A stretch of 64,000 nucleotides of DNA from positions 41,082 through 105,081 of the IMG/VR virus record IMGVR_UViG_2593339199_000003; one strand, written 5' to 3'. Shown here in pieces: positions 49,501 through 57,840 of the stretch. The translations under genes were made by a program, and so were the position numbers. Under the pieces are notes generated by a model. That model ran no database searches. It had not been told where the DNA came from and saw nothing but the letters and a program-made list of their open reading frames with translations. The DNA is from a virus. Its lineage: Duplodnaviria; Caudoviricetes. Position 1 is the stretch's first letter. Each line of letters opens with the position of its first letter.

Positions 49501-50613
49501 GGAGCCTGCTGTGCTCATGCCGAGCGTGCGCCGCCATTCGGCAAGCGACCATGGGCCCTCCTCGAACGGAAGCGACGATGGACGGCCGTGCTGCTCGTGA
49601 AGTTTGATCGGATTACGCGCCACAGACTGCATCACGCGGTAATAGTCCATGTGATTCTGCGGCAACACCATTTCCTTTCCGGTGATGGATGAGAACCGGC
49701 GCATCCGCTCCAAGTCGAAGCTGTCGCCATTCATCGTGACGAAGTAGCTGTTCTTGTGCTTGCCGACGAACGCATTATACTCATCAATGGCACTCGCATA
49801 ATCTGCACCGTGCTTCACCAGATTCTTAATTCCATCTCGCATATGACGCAGATACTGCGTCTGGTTGCGCGTGATCTCATCGGTCAGAATGGTTTTGCCG
49901 CTCAAAACGGAGTTGATAGCCGAGTTATGCATCACTTCAGCCCCAAACGTAGCAGCACTGATTCCGTTACCGCCGATCGAGGAATACCGTATCAAGTCGA
50001 CGACTGTCCGCTGTTCGCTTGGATTCAGCAGTGCAAATTGCCCTATCTGCACCTTACGGATCAGCTTGTTAAGCTCACCTTGCATGTGTTTGTTTGGAGC
50101 AACCAGCTTATTGAATCGATGCGTCTTGGATTCGCCCGTGTATTGACCCCCGCGGTAATTAATGCCATTGGCTGAGATCTCTGAGATGAAGAAGTTCTTC
50201 GAGTCCGTATCTCCGAGCGTCTCGATGTCGAGGCCGAAGAACCGGCCAGGACCACCGCCTCCCCCCTTGGCGCGTCGTGCAAAATCGCGAAACGACTCGA
50301 TATGACGCTGCGCATCAATCGCGAACCCGCTATAAGGGTCAGCGCTGCCGACCGGGTTCAGGAAGCTCCAGATGTTGGTGCCGCCCATATTGATTACGCC
50401 GCTCTGGGTAGGCAGCGCTGGCATCTTATTGATGGCATCATTCAGCCGGATCAGAGATGGGTTGACGCCAGACCGCTCCGTGGCGGGCCGGGTTATCGGG
50501 TTGTATGCCGACAGCATGACCCGCTTATGGCGATCGGCCGGCACATATTCCAGGCCGGCTCCGATCCCCGCGTTAACATTTGAATAGAGTTGATCGTAAT
50601 TTGTTGTCGCCAT
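43564..50613 (-). CDS. Putative virion-associated single-chain two-barrel RNA polymerase with an N-terminal DEDDh exonuclease (2349 aa), in the tape-measure position
   Basis: DEDDh residues D129/E131/D300/H372/D377. Beta-like motifs YEQQMIFN, LDADG..PGDRLG, NK..EKGT, VVYNP, GVKYGFRE. Beta'-like RFPT..AIQ and DSDGD (1885-1889). C-terminal hydrophobic segment. Confidence 0.8.
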   Translation of the reverse strand: MATTNYDQLYSNVNAGIGAGLEYVPADRHKRVMLSAYNPITRPATERSGVNPSLIRLNDAINKMPALPTQSGVINMGGTNIWSFLNPVGSADPYSGFAIDAQRHIESFRDFARRAKGGGGGPGRFFGLDIETLGDTDSKNFFISEISANGINYRGGQYTGESKTHRFNKLVAPNKHMQGELNKLIRKVQIGQFALLNPSEQRTVVDLIRYSSIGGNGISAATFGAEVMHNSAINSVLSGKTILTDEITRNQTQYLRHMRDGIKNLVKHGADYASAIDEYNAFVGKHKNSYFVTMNGDSFDLERMRRFSSITGKEMVLPQNHMDYYRVMQSVARNPIKLHEQHGRPSSLPFEEGPWSLAEWRRTLGMSTAGSHSASFDTGMNGVGGLVANTWNYVDDLLGSTEVKADYKPRQLGQRTPYLMHSNKPLTTSDLLFATRGVRNYKGSQLDYQAELTEDGSYKIFRPGFNQNVINAESFYRVAGVRDLSSGGVPKWAIEFVNQDNPQLRSFVVREGENAAYEIADFYHRSFTPMSNISKKMRKQIQHLRESDLGRRRYESLFSLDKKSTAGFDAAKRMYANAAVYNKFTSGRWSAIEAEASRKLDELTMKNGQFMRSWTPEQYDQAREKIIGRLLKQRISRDEMKGMMNFNSLWDGTSKSFVYNPDEEKAFWKMLPRLMSEHSLYQGAIEAIDASGMEAEQKNIAWSLFHERVNESAGQHKTVRASLPYEQNGFQFRDRLTGKSVSVSLQNANNAINSFRSYVFKGTGDLAETEKAVERAERFKILLSSLKGSGIIDDDYVQGAITGIHDRKLTIPASIEQLALDLMEQQHLTIRRITEESLGRRESVERISKQAGQQLVKSAIKQTQGMRGYLLNNGFIPGPGTDIGDMFAKLDRQHKFTGMNPNNRQAIEGMMGTLKKMNPSLNMALSMNPEATQAFITMFHPDDSASVLRHMAGGASEAHPKAFEFTVPLINQQGTLVYGNRHFNATRDIIRVNGVNSEISTVEKMGHMLADPRLLDHRSEWNINTMAQQLKDGELSEATASARRLMNNFVSELSGVKRDFNENLLVTNTEADLLKQGLKYPAAAMIQQYYEDGTLTDRSFRNTDVILNAGKKQLIPFVKLDDLHDEAKFMIRRDMPEWLEKNGFGRGFYSSAKADVVARGGIGSIDARNLFAYGHFTVQNRDNSVQAMNSYRIDKDLEASLKEAEGVASTNHMVSTAVQRQHSKLYPYKPEVYVNTVMANQADVTRRVDDLIAQAQGDDNIRRILTEEGILRADGSVNVLRKPNVYEQQMIFNKDLVNRLQTKNYKYYRGDEIKWDGKYLDADGQLRRDMVISPGDRLGTRIVDGQRQSVFYDQKYAGRIASARSTDNAFAIEYTEQANKVYLDIEKGTIGGNMHNGQYGYGSEFLKELFGEENVGVVYNPNIGKHGDLGGALRGQANKLMYTMQNAIKENVLNEADIQEAMRMINQGRIGVNASYKNGELLFDDVSAKYKRMDYRNFGRLYGKLNDRFGLGLAESNSAGYITGVQAMRIAQVQNYSTVVDEQRRAVLKYNVDDNGNLIDVAYKEGGDVKGVKYGFRELGMLQVKGLDKTREHMFRYLVDQSKETGRLQEAIGMVNALRGAVEGPGFDPDFENRTLRLHDFHALPTLDTNLTTISRTILDDEHVRKLVGENDYHGFWMELPNIHVNGQKEAILPEVEGRKMDRVFIPFTKTDGKGEEIWLRDMRRHIADIYRRAEAVTKADGESAQVKAMQGLNRSLGKYFAGTVSAVTASSDQTGNSVLKVNMPTSSSGLAKVMPIEESMRLDGETVFINPNEAKTMGIYEHLLGGNEGALHNPALQKDFYAPDLRFPTFTENAIQSVKIKMDPSVPAGFHNTTSLLASLLKEDSDGDYNHIVAIHDQGVQEELARNHAEQREVRAARHEQAYQNALNNSMTYEQALNEGELKLDSSREFSLKSIFEDYNVRSGKEKGLESVDRFEANQLPEIMAKSGKEFIGRASDLNYRMRQVADTFYADSPEVKGQIYKLGQGLEQDLTISSKHGTGQGLFTKSGAADLLSAIERGNTKQAIEVDNKYFNGQFGDNLKLAMGHLTRALDVMKKGMDNPELRAGTSQGMRLGDHSLEEIVDTIMGRNPNATTANPFLNPLQDILRSEGGMTIDRPQQPSLTPEYRKVNPLEPFSSSPMTKRLEGPAGTIAEMIEDGTGGMLGPKAYEKISGAMDKFFNGKNGPRNKKAALIGGLALAGIMGYNTFNDKDPVMPYNPESETEARADAAALYGGTPAPAMAPIDAGNSGANIKISAQGSGSQNFGPMLGQAMQRSGYNGGKINMSVNQSDNANRLNRIWYRDKVQQYS
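43842..43855. promoter_or_regulatory. Intragenic copy of the recurrent palindromic motif (TGTAAGGCATTACA)
   Basis: 13/14 match to TGTAATGCATTACA; in an AT-rich patch with a minus-strand TATAAT at 43891-43886, about 290 bp upstream of the hub gene. Confidence 0.55.
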
Positions 50614-50628
50614 AGTTCACACCCTCGC

Positions 50629-53600
50629 TTACATCAAAGATCCCATATTGTTGCGCAGATAGTTATCAATTTCGCCGCTGCGATCTTGCTCGTACTGCAC
50701 GCCAACTCGTGTCGCAGCCCCGCTTGAAGGCGTCACGGTCACGTTGACGTTCTTCAGTCCTTGTCCTTGGAGCACGTCTTGGATATTGCGCTCCATTCGC
50801 TTGTAGCTGAAATCCGATTGCTGGTACATATTGTTGCCCTGGTTCGTCAGGTTCGGAGTCATGCGCGAGGCTTCCACGTCGTCCGGCCAGAAATTGAAGT
50901 CACTCAGATCCAGTTTCTGATTCTGCACGACCTTGAGCTTGATGCTCTCAAGATCGAAGTCCGGCCGCCAACCGGCCCAGTTTGCATCCGGCAGCGCGTA
51001 TTTCTGGAAGTAGTCTTCAAGTGGCGGCACGTATTCGTCCCCATAATCCCAAAGTGCTTTATAGATGCGCCTTTCATTTTCAGGCACAAGCTGCAGGATA
51101 CGTTCCCGGTCCCGCTCCGGTGCATTCACGAAGTCATCGAAGAACCACTTATCCTTGGTCGGAAATGCTCGGGCCACCTTCATCCGATCGTCGTATGGAT
51201 CGATCGCATATAAGGTTTCTTCACTTTGCTCTTTATATTGTAATGCCTGACGTACAATATCGGGAAGCATTATTTCGTCCCAGCCGCCCTCTTGCATGTC
51301 ATTCAGTTCTTGATTGATTGCTTTGCGGCGATCGACCCATCCATCCGGCTGTTTTAAATAAAGCTGTCGCTTTTCTTCGTTAAGCTGTTGGCGCCGCTCC
51401 TTTGTGTTCGCCTGCTTCTGCTCGATGTCATTGATGAAACCATCGACATCGTAGCCCGACGCTTCAGCTTCCCGCTTTGTCGCTTCATAGAGTCCGGAGT
51501 ATTTCATATACTTCAAGAGGTCGAAGTATTCATTGATCTCGTTCTCTTTGCGCCGGCGCTCCGGGATCCACGTCTCGCCGTTATGCGTGTATTCATAATG
51601 CCTTGCATACCCGTGGCCAAGGCCGCCAACCAGCGCGCCTATAATGGCGCCCGCTGCGACCCGCTTGCTGCCGCCGCCCCCGAGTACGCCCATAATGACC
51701 CCGCCGGTGATTCCGCCGCGCATCATCGATTCCAGTGTGTCGTGCCGGAAGGCCGACTGAAAGCCTGGAATTAGATAGTCGCTCGTCAGGAAGTTGCGCC
51801 AGGTCGCCCAGTCCTTGCCGTAAACTTGATCCCGCTCGTATTCTTCGAGTGCAGTGCGCACCTGCAGGAACTTCGTATTAAGCGGCGATTCGTAGTGGGC
51901 GATCGACTCCCACCGTGTGCCCTCTGCAATCTCGTCCGGCGTGAAGCGGGCGAAGACTGATGGTGCGGAGAAGTCCGTCAGGTTCTCCTTCATGAGGCCA
52001 CGGCGCAGGATGTCCTGGTTGATATTCTTGAGTCCATCGAAGACAACAGCGCGCATCGTGCCGTACTGGTCATCGGAGATCCGCTGGCTCTGGTCCGCAT
52101 TGATCCCCACCGTTACCTTATCCCCTACCCCGATGTACGAGTCGAGCACCCCGTGTGCTGCCGGCTTGTAATCCATACCGGCCAGCCGGATCGGCGTATC
52201 GCCGTATTCCTTTGTAAGGAAGGTGTAGTCGTCGAGCATCTTGGTGACCGTCACTTGCTCTTTTTCCAGTTCGGCGTATTTAAAGCGATACTCCGTGAAG
52301 TCGTATTTCTGTTTTCGCTTGGCCACCTGACGCTTGATCTCAGCGGCCTGCTTTCGGACCTCCGGATCTGTTTCATTGTCGACCACATAGTCCCGCCAAA
52401 ACTTGTACTCGTCGCTCCACGGCGCCACGTCGGCCAAGATCTTGAACTTGTCGAAGCTGCCGTAGCGTCCGGTCTGATCGGGATGAAGCGGGTTCAGCTT
52501 CTCATAGGCATCGCCAGGCAGCCGGTAATCCCCGTGGGCCACTTTTGTATAGGGATCGCCTACCTGGAAGTTGATGAAATAATCGCCCCCCGGCAACCAG
52601 TCCGGCATCGTGTTGCGAATCGGGTTGTATTCGTCCAGCTGGCCATCATCTGCGCGAATGAAACGACGCCCGATCTCGGAGATCGGTCCGCCAACAGATC
52701 CGAGGTTCATGCCCCAAAACCGGTTCGACAGGTTGTTCGCGGCATCCGCCTTCTGGATGACCATGTTACCGGTGTACGGGTCGTCGCCGGCCACTTCATC
52801 AGCAATCCACTTGTAGACGCCGAGCGGCTCCGCCCAGTTCTGCGCGGATTCCTGCAGCCGCCAGTTGATGCTGCTCGGATCCTTCATCTCCCGCAGCTTA
52901 CGGTTTCGAACTTCATTTCTGTAGGCGTACTCCTCCGCATGCATTGCGCGCGGCTTTGTCTCGACCATAGGCTCGTCGGTTCCGGCCATAGCAAACATCC
53001 GATCCATGCTGTAGCCTTCTTTGGCGATGTTGGCTGGCACGTACATGGCCTGGCCAGAGGTAATGTCCTGCGCCACGTAGGCGCCCGTTTGATTGCCCTG
53101 CTCATCCAGCTCGCTCGAGACGAAATACTTCACCGGTGCGGCAACGGCACCCGGATTCACATCACCGGTTCCGGCCCATTTGCCGCTATATGGCGCGCCG
53201 TAGCTGGTTGGCCCTGCATAGACGACATCCTCGGTCCGGCCTGCCGGCGACACCCGTGTGACGACCGGTTCAGTCGGACGATTGCCGAGCCCTTCATTCT
53301 CCTGCTCGATGAGTACCGGATCACCCCAGTAATCCGGATGCATGCGGCGGCTTGGTTTCACGAGCTGCCCGATTGTTGCATTGCCGATATCGCCAAAGAA
53401 CATTGTGTTCGGATTGAACAAGGAGCCGGTCATCATGTAAGGCCGGTCATAGTAATGCTTCTGCTCCCAATAGTATTCATTTCCGTCCAGCATGCGCTTG
53501 AATATCCCGAGTGGATTCTCGAAGGTCGGAAGGATATTCATCTCACCATAACGTTCTTCGCCGGTGAGGCTTGTATTGGAATACTCCCAGTCGCTCATCG

Positions 53601-56478
53601 CCAGGCGCCAGTCGTTCGGCCTGAACTCGGAAATGCGGTCGCCACGGAAAGCTGTCTTGGATCCCCATAGCCACCAACGACCTTTGCGCACTTCCTCAAC
53701 GCCATTTTGCAGGTAGTTCTGATATTCCTCGCCAGTGAAGGTGTCTTTCTCGTCAATCGGCGTGCCCGGTGCGAACAAGGCGCCTAAGACGTGGCCGGGC
53801 CCAAATTCCCCGACGCCGGGCAGATACCAATCCGGCATGGCGGCGAAGTGCTCAATGCCCGGATGCAGCATTTGGCGGTGCGCCAGCCCCTCGTTCGTGC
53901 CCATGGCATCACGTGTGAAGGCTGCCGAGAGATCACTGCGAGCCCGCATGTTCTGCCAGCGCGCCGTGATGCCCATGCCCGTATGCTTGTCCACCTCGTA
54001 GTCTGCATACTGGTAGCCTTCGTACGCCCCGTAGAGCGGCAGGAACCGTTTCAGGAACAAAGAGGACACCATCTTCAGCGGACTCGATAGGGAGTCATCT
54101 GAGAAGCCTAAGCCCCAGTCCCCGAGCGCATCCTGTAGACGGAACCATGGGTACTGACCGCCGAAGATCGAGAGCGTCGTCACATCTTCCATATTGCGAC
54201 GGCCGGTCGTCCAGCTGAGCTGCTTGGCGATGTCCTTAATCGTGCCAATGCCTTCCCAGCCATTGATCGCTTTGTTTACGTAGAGGAACTCGTCGTTGAC
54301 CGTGTTAGGCGGCTTCTGTCCGGTGAACTTTTCATAGATCGGGTTGTTGCGCTTCACGGCTTTCATGACGTCGCTTCGGAACTGCGATGAGAAGGCGCCC
54401 TGGCCAAGAATCATGTGATTGACTTCATCGACGGCAGCGGTTGGGTTTCCATAGGCATCTCCACCCGCCTCCCGAAGGAAGTGATAGTTCAGCAGAAAGT
54501 TGGCATTCTCCGCTTCATCGGTATGAATGTGCCGGCCTTCATACAGGTCATTGAAGACCTTGCGAAGGTTCAAGTTGCGCGGGCTTGTGCTGTTCGGCGC
54601 CGTGATCTGCCTGATAAGTTCCATGCTGACATCTCGCTTGATCTTATCCTGTCCGGTTTGAATGCGGGTGTGTTCACCAAGAATCAGGTTACTTTCACCG
54701 ATCGGACGCTTGGCGGCCAGGAATGAATCTGGGTCGCGGCTATAATTGCGCCACGTCCGCTTGATCGCGGTGTCACCTGGAATGTCAGTGGCTTCACCCA
54801 TGAACCTGAACAGCTTCATAATGTGCTCCTCATTCGAGAAGCTGATCTCGTTGTCATCCAGAAACTGCTGAATGTTGCCTGGCAAGTACGTGCGGATCCG
54901 ATTCAGTACGCGCGGGGAGAGCTCTTGCGTATACTTGTCGAAGTAGCCGCGCATCGAACGCAAGCTCTCCTCATCCACACCTCGGTTCATTGCCTCGGTC
55001 ATGATATTGCGTTCCCACTCTGGGCTCCAGAGCTTGGTTACCTGACTTAGCAGTTTGGGCCCGACAGCATCCTTATCCTGCTTGCCGATGTCGAACAGTT
55101 TTCGGATCGCGCCGCGCTTATCCTCCTGCGTTGTCATGAGACCGCCGGTGCTGCGGTGAAGCTTGGCGATCGTGCCGAAGCGGGAGGACGTCGCAAACAT
55201 CTTACGCTTCTGGTTGAGAACGGTCAGCTCCTTGAGCGGATCGTTAATAGCCGCCACATCATACAGTGGCACGAAGTCGCCATTGATATAGACGAGGTTC
55301 TGGTCCAGCGTCGAGTTGATATCCTGCCCCATCTGAGCCTGCAAGCTCTGGTGCCGAGTGCCGCGGCGGACAACGCGGAAGCTGCCGATCTCACGCGCCT
55401 CCCGGATGTTCAACTGGTCACGTAGGTGCATGAGGCCACCCGGGACGGTGTTGGCTGCCTTTTTCTTGAGCCCATGCATCATCTCGTCGAATACTTTATA
55501 GTCGGTGTAATCGACGATGTTGCCGGCAGCATCTTCTTTAACAAACAGATTCGAGTCGAAGATTTGCTTGCGGAAGTCGCTACTGCGTTTGATCATGTGC
55601 TCGAGGTCGACTCGCGTGGCATCATCCAGATTGATCCGGCCAGAACTGTGCATGGCAAGCACGTCCTCAACGGTCGCCTGACGCTGGCCGCGGATGTATT
55701 TCTTATGAGCCCATTCTTTTCGCACGACGCCGCCGGCATTCTCTGCAGCCTTTGTCGTGAGTTTATCCTGCATGCGTGATACGGCTGCCTTGTACTCACT
55801 AGAGTCTTTGTAAACCGTATTGCGGTGAACGCCGCGGGCTTGCTCGGCGAGCTGAATCAGGTTGTCTTCGATGCCCTGCTGCCGCAGGAGTCCACGGAAC
55901 TGTTCGTCGGAAAAGTTATGAAGAAAGTCCATGTCATCCAGGTTGCCAACCTTGAACGCTTCACGGACGCGGTGCGCATCTTCCCGGCCGGCCAATTGGC
56001 CGAGCTCCAGCATGACGTCCCGATGCCGCAGTTCGCTCTGGATGCCATAAGGCACAAGCTCTTTGACGTTCTGATTGACCTGACGGATATACCGCTGCAG
56101 GTCGTACTCGCGCGCGCTCGAGAAGTCATTCAGCCGCTGCTTGCGATCATCGACGATCCGGCGACGCCGGTCCAAAAAACTGCGCCGCATCCGGTCGAGC
56201 CGCGTGCTGCTCAGATCCTGCAGGAGCGTACCTTCATGATCGAGCGTCTCGCGGAGCGCCATGAGCGAGCCCTTTCCTTCTGTCCCGATGAAACGGGCAG
56301 CTTGCCTGAGCGCACCGGTTCGGTGCAAGACAGCAGCAGCGCCAATGCCGATAGCCGCTTTGACGAGCAAAGATCGGGCCGGCGATGTATCTTCATTATC
56401 CGATAAGAAACGAGTGAAGGGACGATCATCCGTCCCGTAGAATTGTGCATATTTGGATTGTCCGTTTTCATCGGCCAT
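50629..56478 (-). CDS. Tape-measure/ejection-like protein (1949 aa) with a degenerate SNase-like domain and hydrophobic segments
   Basis: First giant gene after the chaperones; largely helical; Gly-rich hydrophobic hairpin GGITGGVIMGVL...AAGAIIGALVGGLG; IRLAGMD...DQYG...NINQDILRRGL. Confidence 0.7.
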   Translation of the reverse strand: MADENGQSKYAQFYGTDDRPFTRFLSDNEDTSPARSLLVKAAIGIGAAAVLHRTGALRQAARFIGTEGKGSLMALRETLDHEGTLLQDLSSTRLDRMRRSFLDRRRRIVDDRKQRLNDFSSAREYDLQRYIRQVNQNVKELVPYGIQSELRHRDVMLELGQLAGREDAHRVREAFKVGNLDDMDFLHNFSDEQFRGLLRQQGIEDNLIQLAEQARGVHRNTVYKDSSEYKAAVSRMQDKLTTKAAENAGGVVRKEWAHKKYIRGQRQATVEDVLAMHSSGRINLDDATRVDLEHMIKRSSDFRKQIFDSNLFVKEDAAGNIVDYTDYKVFDEMMHGLKKKAANTVPGGLMHLRDQLNIREAREIGSFRVVRRGTRHQSLQAQMGQDINSTLDQNLVYINGDFVPLYDVAAINDPLKELTVLNQKRKMFATSSRFGTIAKLHRSTGGLMTTQEDKRGAIRKLFDIGKQDKDAVGPKLLSQVTKLWSPEWERNIMTEAMNRGVDEESLRSMRGYFDKYTQELSPRVLNRIRTYLPGNIQQFLDDNEISFSNEEHIMKLFRFMGEATDIPGDTAIKRTWRNYSRDPDSFLAAKRPIGESNLILGEHTRIQTGQDKIKRDVSMELIRQITAPNSTSPRNLNLRKVFNDLYEGRHIHTDEAENANFLLNYHFLREAGGDAYGNPTAAVDEVNHMILGQGAFSSQFRSDVMKAVKRNNPIYEKFTGQKPPNTVNDEFLYVNKAINGWEGIGTIKDIAKQLSWTTGRRNMEDVTTLSIFGGQYPWFRLQDALGDWGLGFSDDSLSSPLKMVSSLFLKRFLPLYGAYEGYQYADYEVDKHTGMGITARWQNMRARSDLSAAFTRDAMGTNEGLAHRQMLHPGIEHFAAMPDWYLPGVGEFGPGHVLGALFAPGTPIDEKDTFTGEEYQNYLQNGVEEVRKGRWWLWGSKTAFRGDRISEFRPNDWRLAMSDWEYSNTSLTGEERYGEMNILPTFENPLGIFKRMLDGNEYYWEQKHYYDRPYMMTGSLFNPNTMFFGDIGNATIGQLVKPSRRMHPDYWGDPVLIEQENEGLGNRPTEPVVTRVSPAGRTEDVVYAGPTSYGAPYSGKWAGTGDVNPGAVAAPVKYFVSSELDEQGNQTGAYVAQDITSGQAMYVPANIAKEGYSMDRMFAMAGTDEPMVETKPRAMHAEEYAYRNEVRNRKLREMKDPSSINWRLQESAQNWAEPLGVYKWIADEVAGDDPYTGNMVIQKADAANNLSNRFWGMNLGSVGGPISEIGRRFIRADDGQLDEYNPIRNTMPDWLPGGDYFINFQVGDPYTKVAHGDYRLPGDAYEKLNPLHPDQTGRYGSFDKFKILADVAPWSDEYKFWRDYVVDNETDPEVRKQAAEIKRQVAKRKQKYDFTEYRFKYAELEKEQVTVTKMLDDYTFLTKEYGDTPIRLAGMDYKPAAHGVLDSYIGVGDKVTVGINADQSQRISDDQYGTMRAVVFDGLKNINQDILRRGLMKENLTDFSAPSVFARFTPDEIAEGTRWESIAHYESPLNTKFLQVRTALEEYERDQVYGKDWATWRNFLTSDYLIPGFQSAFRHDTLESMMRGGITGGVIMGVLGGGGSKRVAAGAIIGALVGGLGHGYARHYEYTHNGETWIPERRRKENEINEYFDLLKYMKYSGLYEATKREAEASGYDVDGFINDIEQKQANTKERRQQLNEEKRQLYLKQPDGWVDRRKAINQELNDMQEGGWDEIMLPDIVRQALQYKEQSEETLYAIDPYDDRMKVARAFPTKDKWFFDDFVNAPERDRERILQLVPENERRIYKALWDYGDEYVPPLEDYFQKYALPDANWAGWRPDFDLESIKLKVVQNQKLDLSDFNFWPDDVEASRMTPNLTNQGNNMYQQSDFSYKRMERNIQDVLQGQGLKNVNVTVTPSSGAATRVGVQYEQDRSGEIDNYLRNNMGSLM

Positions 56479-56514
56479 GACCTTCACCTACTCGTCTGCG
56501 TATTTATACCAAAA

Positions 56515-57297
56515 TCAATCATACTCGCCTCTCAGTGATTCTTCGGCTTTAAACCATGCCAATTCTGGGAAGACTTCTTTCATGCTGGTTGGTTGATCGA
56601 GGTTAATGTTTCGCCCCTCTGCCTGAGACAGCATTCGCTCCACATCTTCCTTGGACAGATCGCCTTGCTTCTGCGCCGCCGGCTGACGAGGTACAGGCTG
56701 CTGCGGGTTGGCAAGTGGCGACATCTCCGCGCGCTGCTGCGGTGTGATAAATTGCGGCGGCTCTTGCGGCATAGGCGCCCCCGGCTCATCCATCTCCGCC
56801 ACAGCATGCGCCTGTGCAATCTGATCAATCGGCATGAGCGGCACGCCTTTCAGATTCACAAGCACCCATTCCGCCCTTGCCAGATAGAACATCATCTTTT
56901 TGACGGTCCAATTCTGAATATGCTCGATCGAGAACTCCGGAAACGCCTCGTGAATAATGACGTCCGCCTGATAATCGAAAATCTGCATATCCTGCCGGTA
57001 TTGGTCCAGCAGCCCTTTGGCCTGACCTTCTTGCAAACCGGACGCATCCAGTATGAAATTACTAATCGTCTCTGCAAGTCCGGCCACATTGTCGAGGAAG
57101 TCGTAGTCCGCCGGGTACACGACGGCCGCCTTGCACATCGCCTCCTGAACGTCGCTCAACTGTTCATTCTCGGCCAGGATAGCCTTGTACTCCTCCCGTC
57201 CGATAACACGGAAGACGAATTGCTGCTCCAGCAAGTTTAGCAGGAACACTTCTTCATAGATGGATTTGTAGTGCATTACGAGATCTTCTGTCAGCAC
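56515..57297 (-). CDS. Tail assembly chaperone-like protein 2 (260 aa)
   Basis: Lies between the tubes and the tape measure; N-terminal domain paralogous to the 151-aa neighbour (FRVIGREEYK, VVYP, AGLAETIS..I...SG). Confidence 0.7.
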   Translation of the reverse strand: MLTEDLVMHYKSIYEEVFLLNLLEQQFVFRVIGREEYKAILAENEQLSDVQEAMCKAAVVYPADYDFLDNVAGLAETISNFILDASGLQEGQAKGLLDQYRQDMQIFDYQADVIIHEAFPEFSIEHIQNWTVKKMMFYLARAEWVLVNLKGVPLMPIDQIAQAHAVAEMDEPGAPMPQEPPQFITPQQRAEMSPLANPQQPVPRQPAAQKQGDLSKEDVERMLSQAEGRNINLDQPTSMKEVFPELAWFKAEESLRGEYD

Positions 57298-57315
57298 CCT
57301 GCATCAGTCCTTATA

Positions 57316-57346
57316 TAAAATTCAAGCAGGACTCGGTGGCCCTGCT
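57316..57346 (-). terminator. Possible terminator hairpin between the two chaperone genes
   Basis: Minus strand reads AGCAGGGC-CACCGA-GTCCTGCT followed by TGAATTTTA; the U tract is offset. Confidence 0.45.
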
Positions 57347-57358
57347 GGTTGGCATGTA

Positions 57359-57814
57359 TTAGAGTTTGATCGGCGCGCTTTGTGCTACGAAGCCGGACTT
57401 ATCCATGATCATTTCAGACAAGAGACTCGGTACGCCGGCTTTATCCGTGCGAAGTTTCTCGCGCGTCAGGTTACGCGGATAGAGTACGCACTTGACTGTC
57501 ATTTCTTCTTCCCGGTCCATTGTCGTCAGCTCACGATTATTGATGAAGCCCTTATACTCCTCACGCTCCAACACGCGCCAGATGTAGACTTCGCCATCAA
57601 ATGGCGTGAAGTAAACGCCTTTCGGATGCTTCTCTTTCCATTCTTCAACTTCTCGGCGTGTTGGCCCGAATCCGTCAAAGACCGGTGCATTCCATTCTGC
57701 TTCTGTGTAGCCGTATTCATTCAACGGCTCCTCTGGTTGCTGGTTTGCATCCTCATGCTCATTATCCGGCGCCCCTTCGCCATCCAATGGCAACTGCAGC
57801 TGTTCTTGGCTCAT
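57359..57814 (-). CDS. Tail assembly chaperone-like protein 1 (151 aa)
   Basis: ATG 57814 with GGAAGGGG RBS; EEWKEKH..GVY...YIWRVLEREEYK...KCVLYP...AGVPSLLSEMI, a pattern typical of myophage tail chaperones. Confidence 0.75.
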   Translation of the reverse strand: MSQEQLQLPLDGEGAPDNEHEDANQQPEEPLNEYGYTEAEWNAPVFDGFGPTRREVEEWKEKHPKGVYFTPFDGEVYIWRVLEREEYKGFINNRELTTMDREEEMTVKCVLYPRNLTREKLRTDKAGVPSLLSEMIMDKSGFVAQSAPIKL

Positions 57815-57840
57815 GGTTGATCCCCTTCCCTGGTCTTCAT

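Noticed and set aside
57298-57400. Programmed frameshift joining the two chaperone genes
   Set aside because: No clear slippery heptamer at the end of the first gene; the second has its own start and repeats the same domain.
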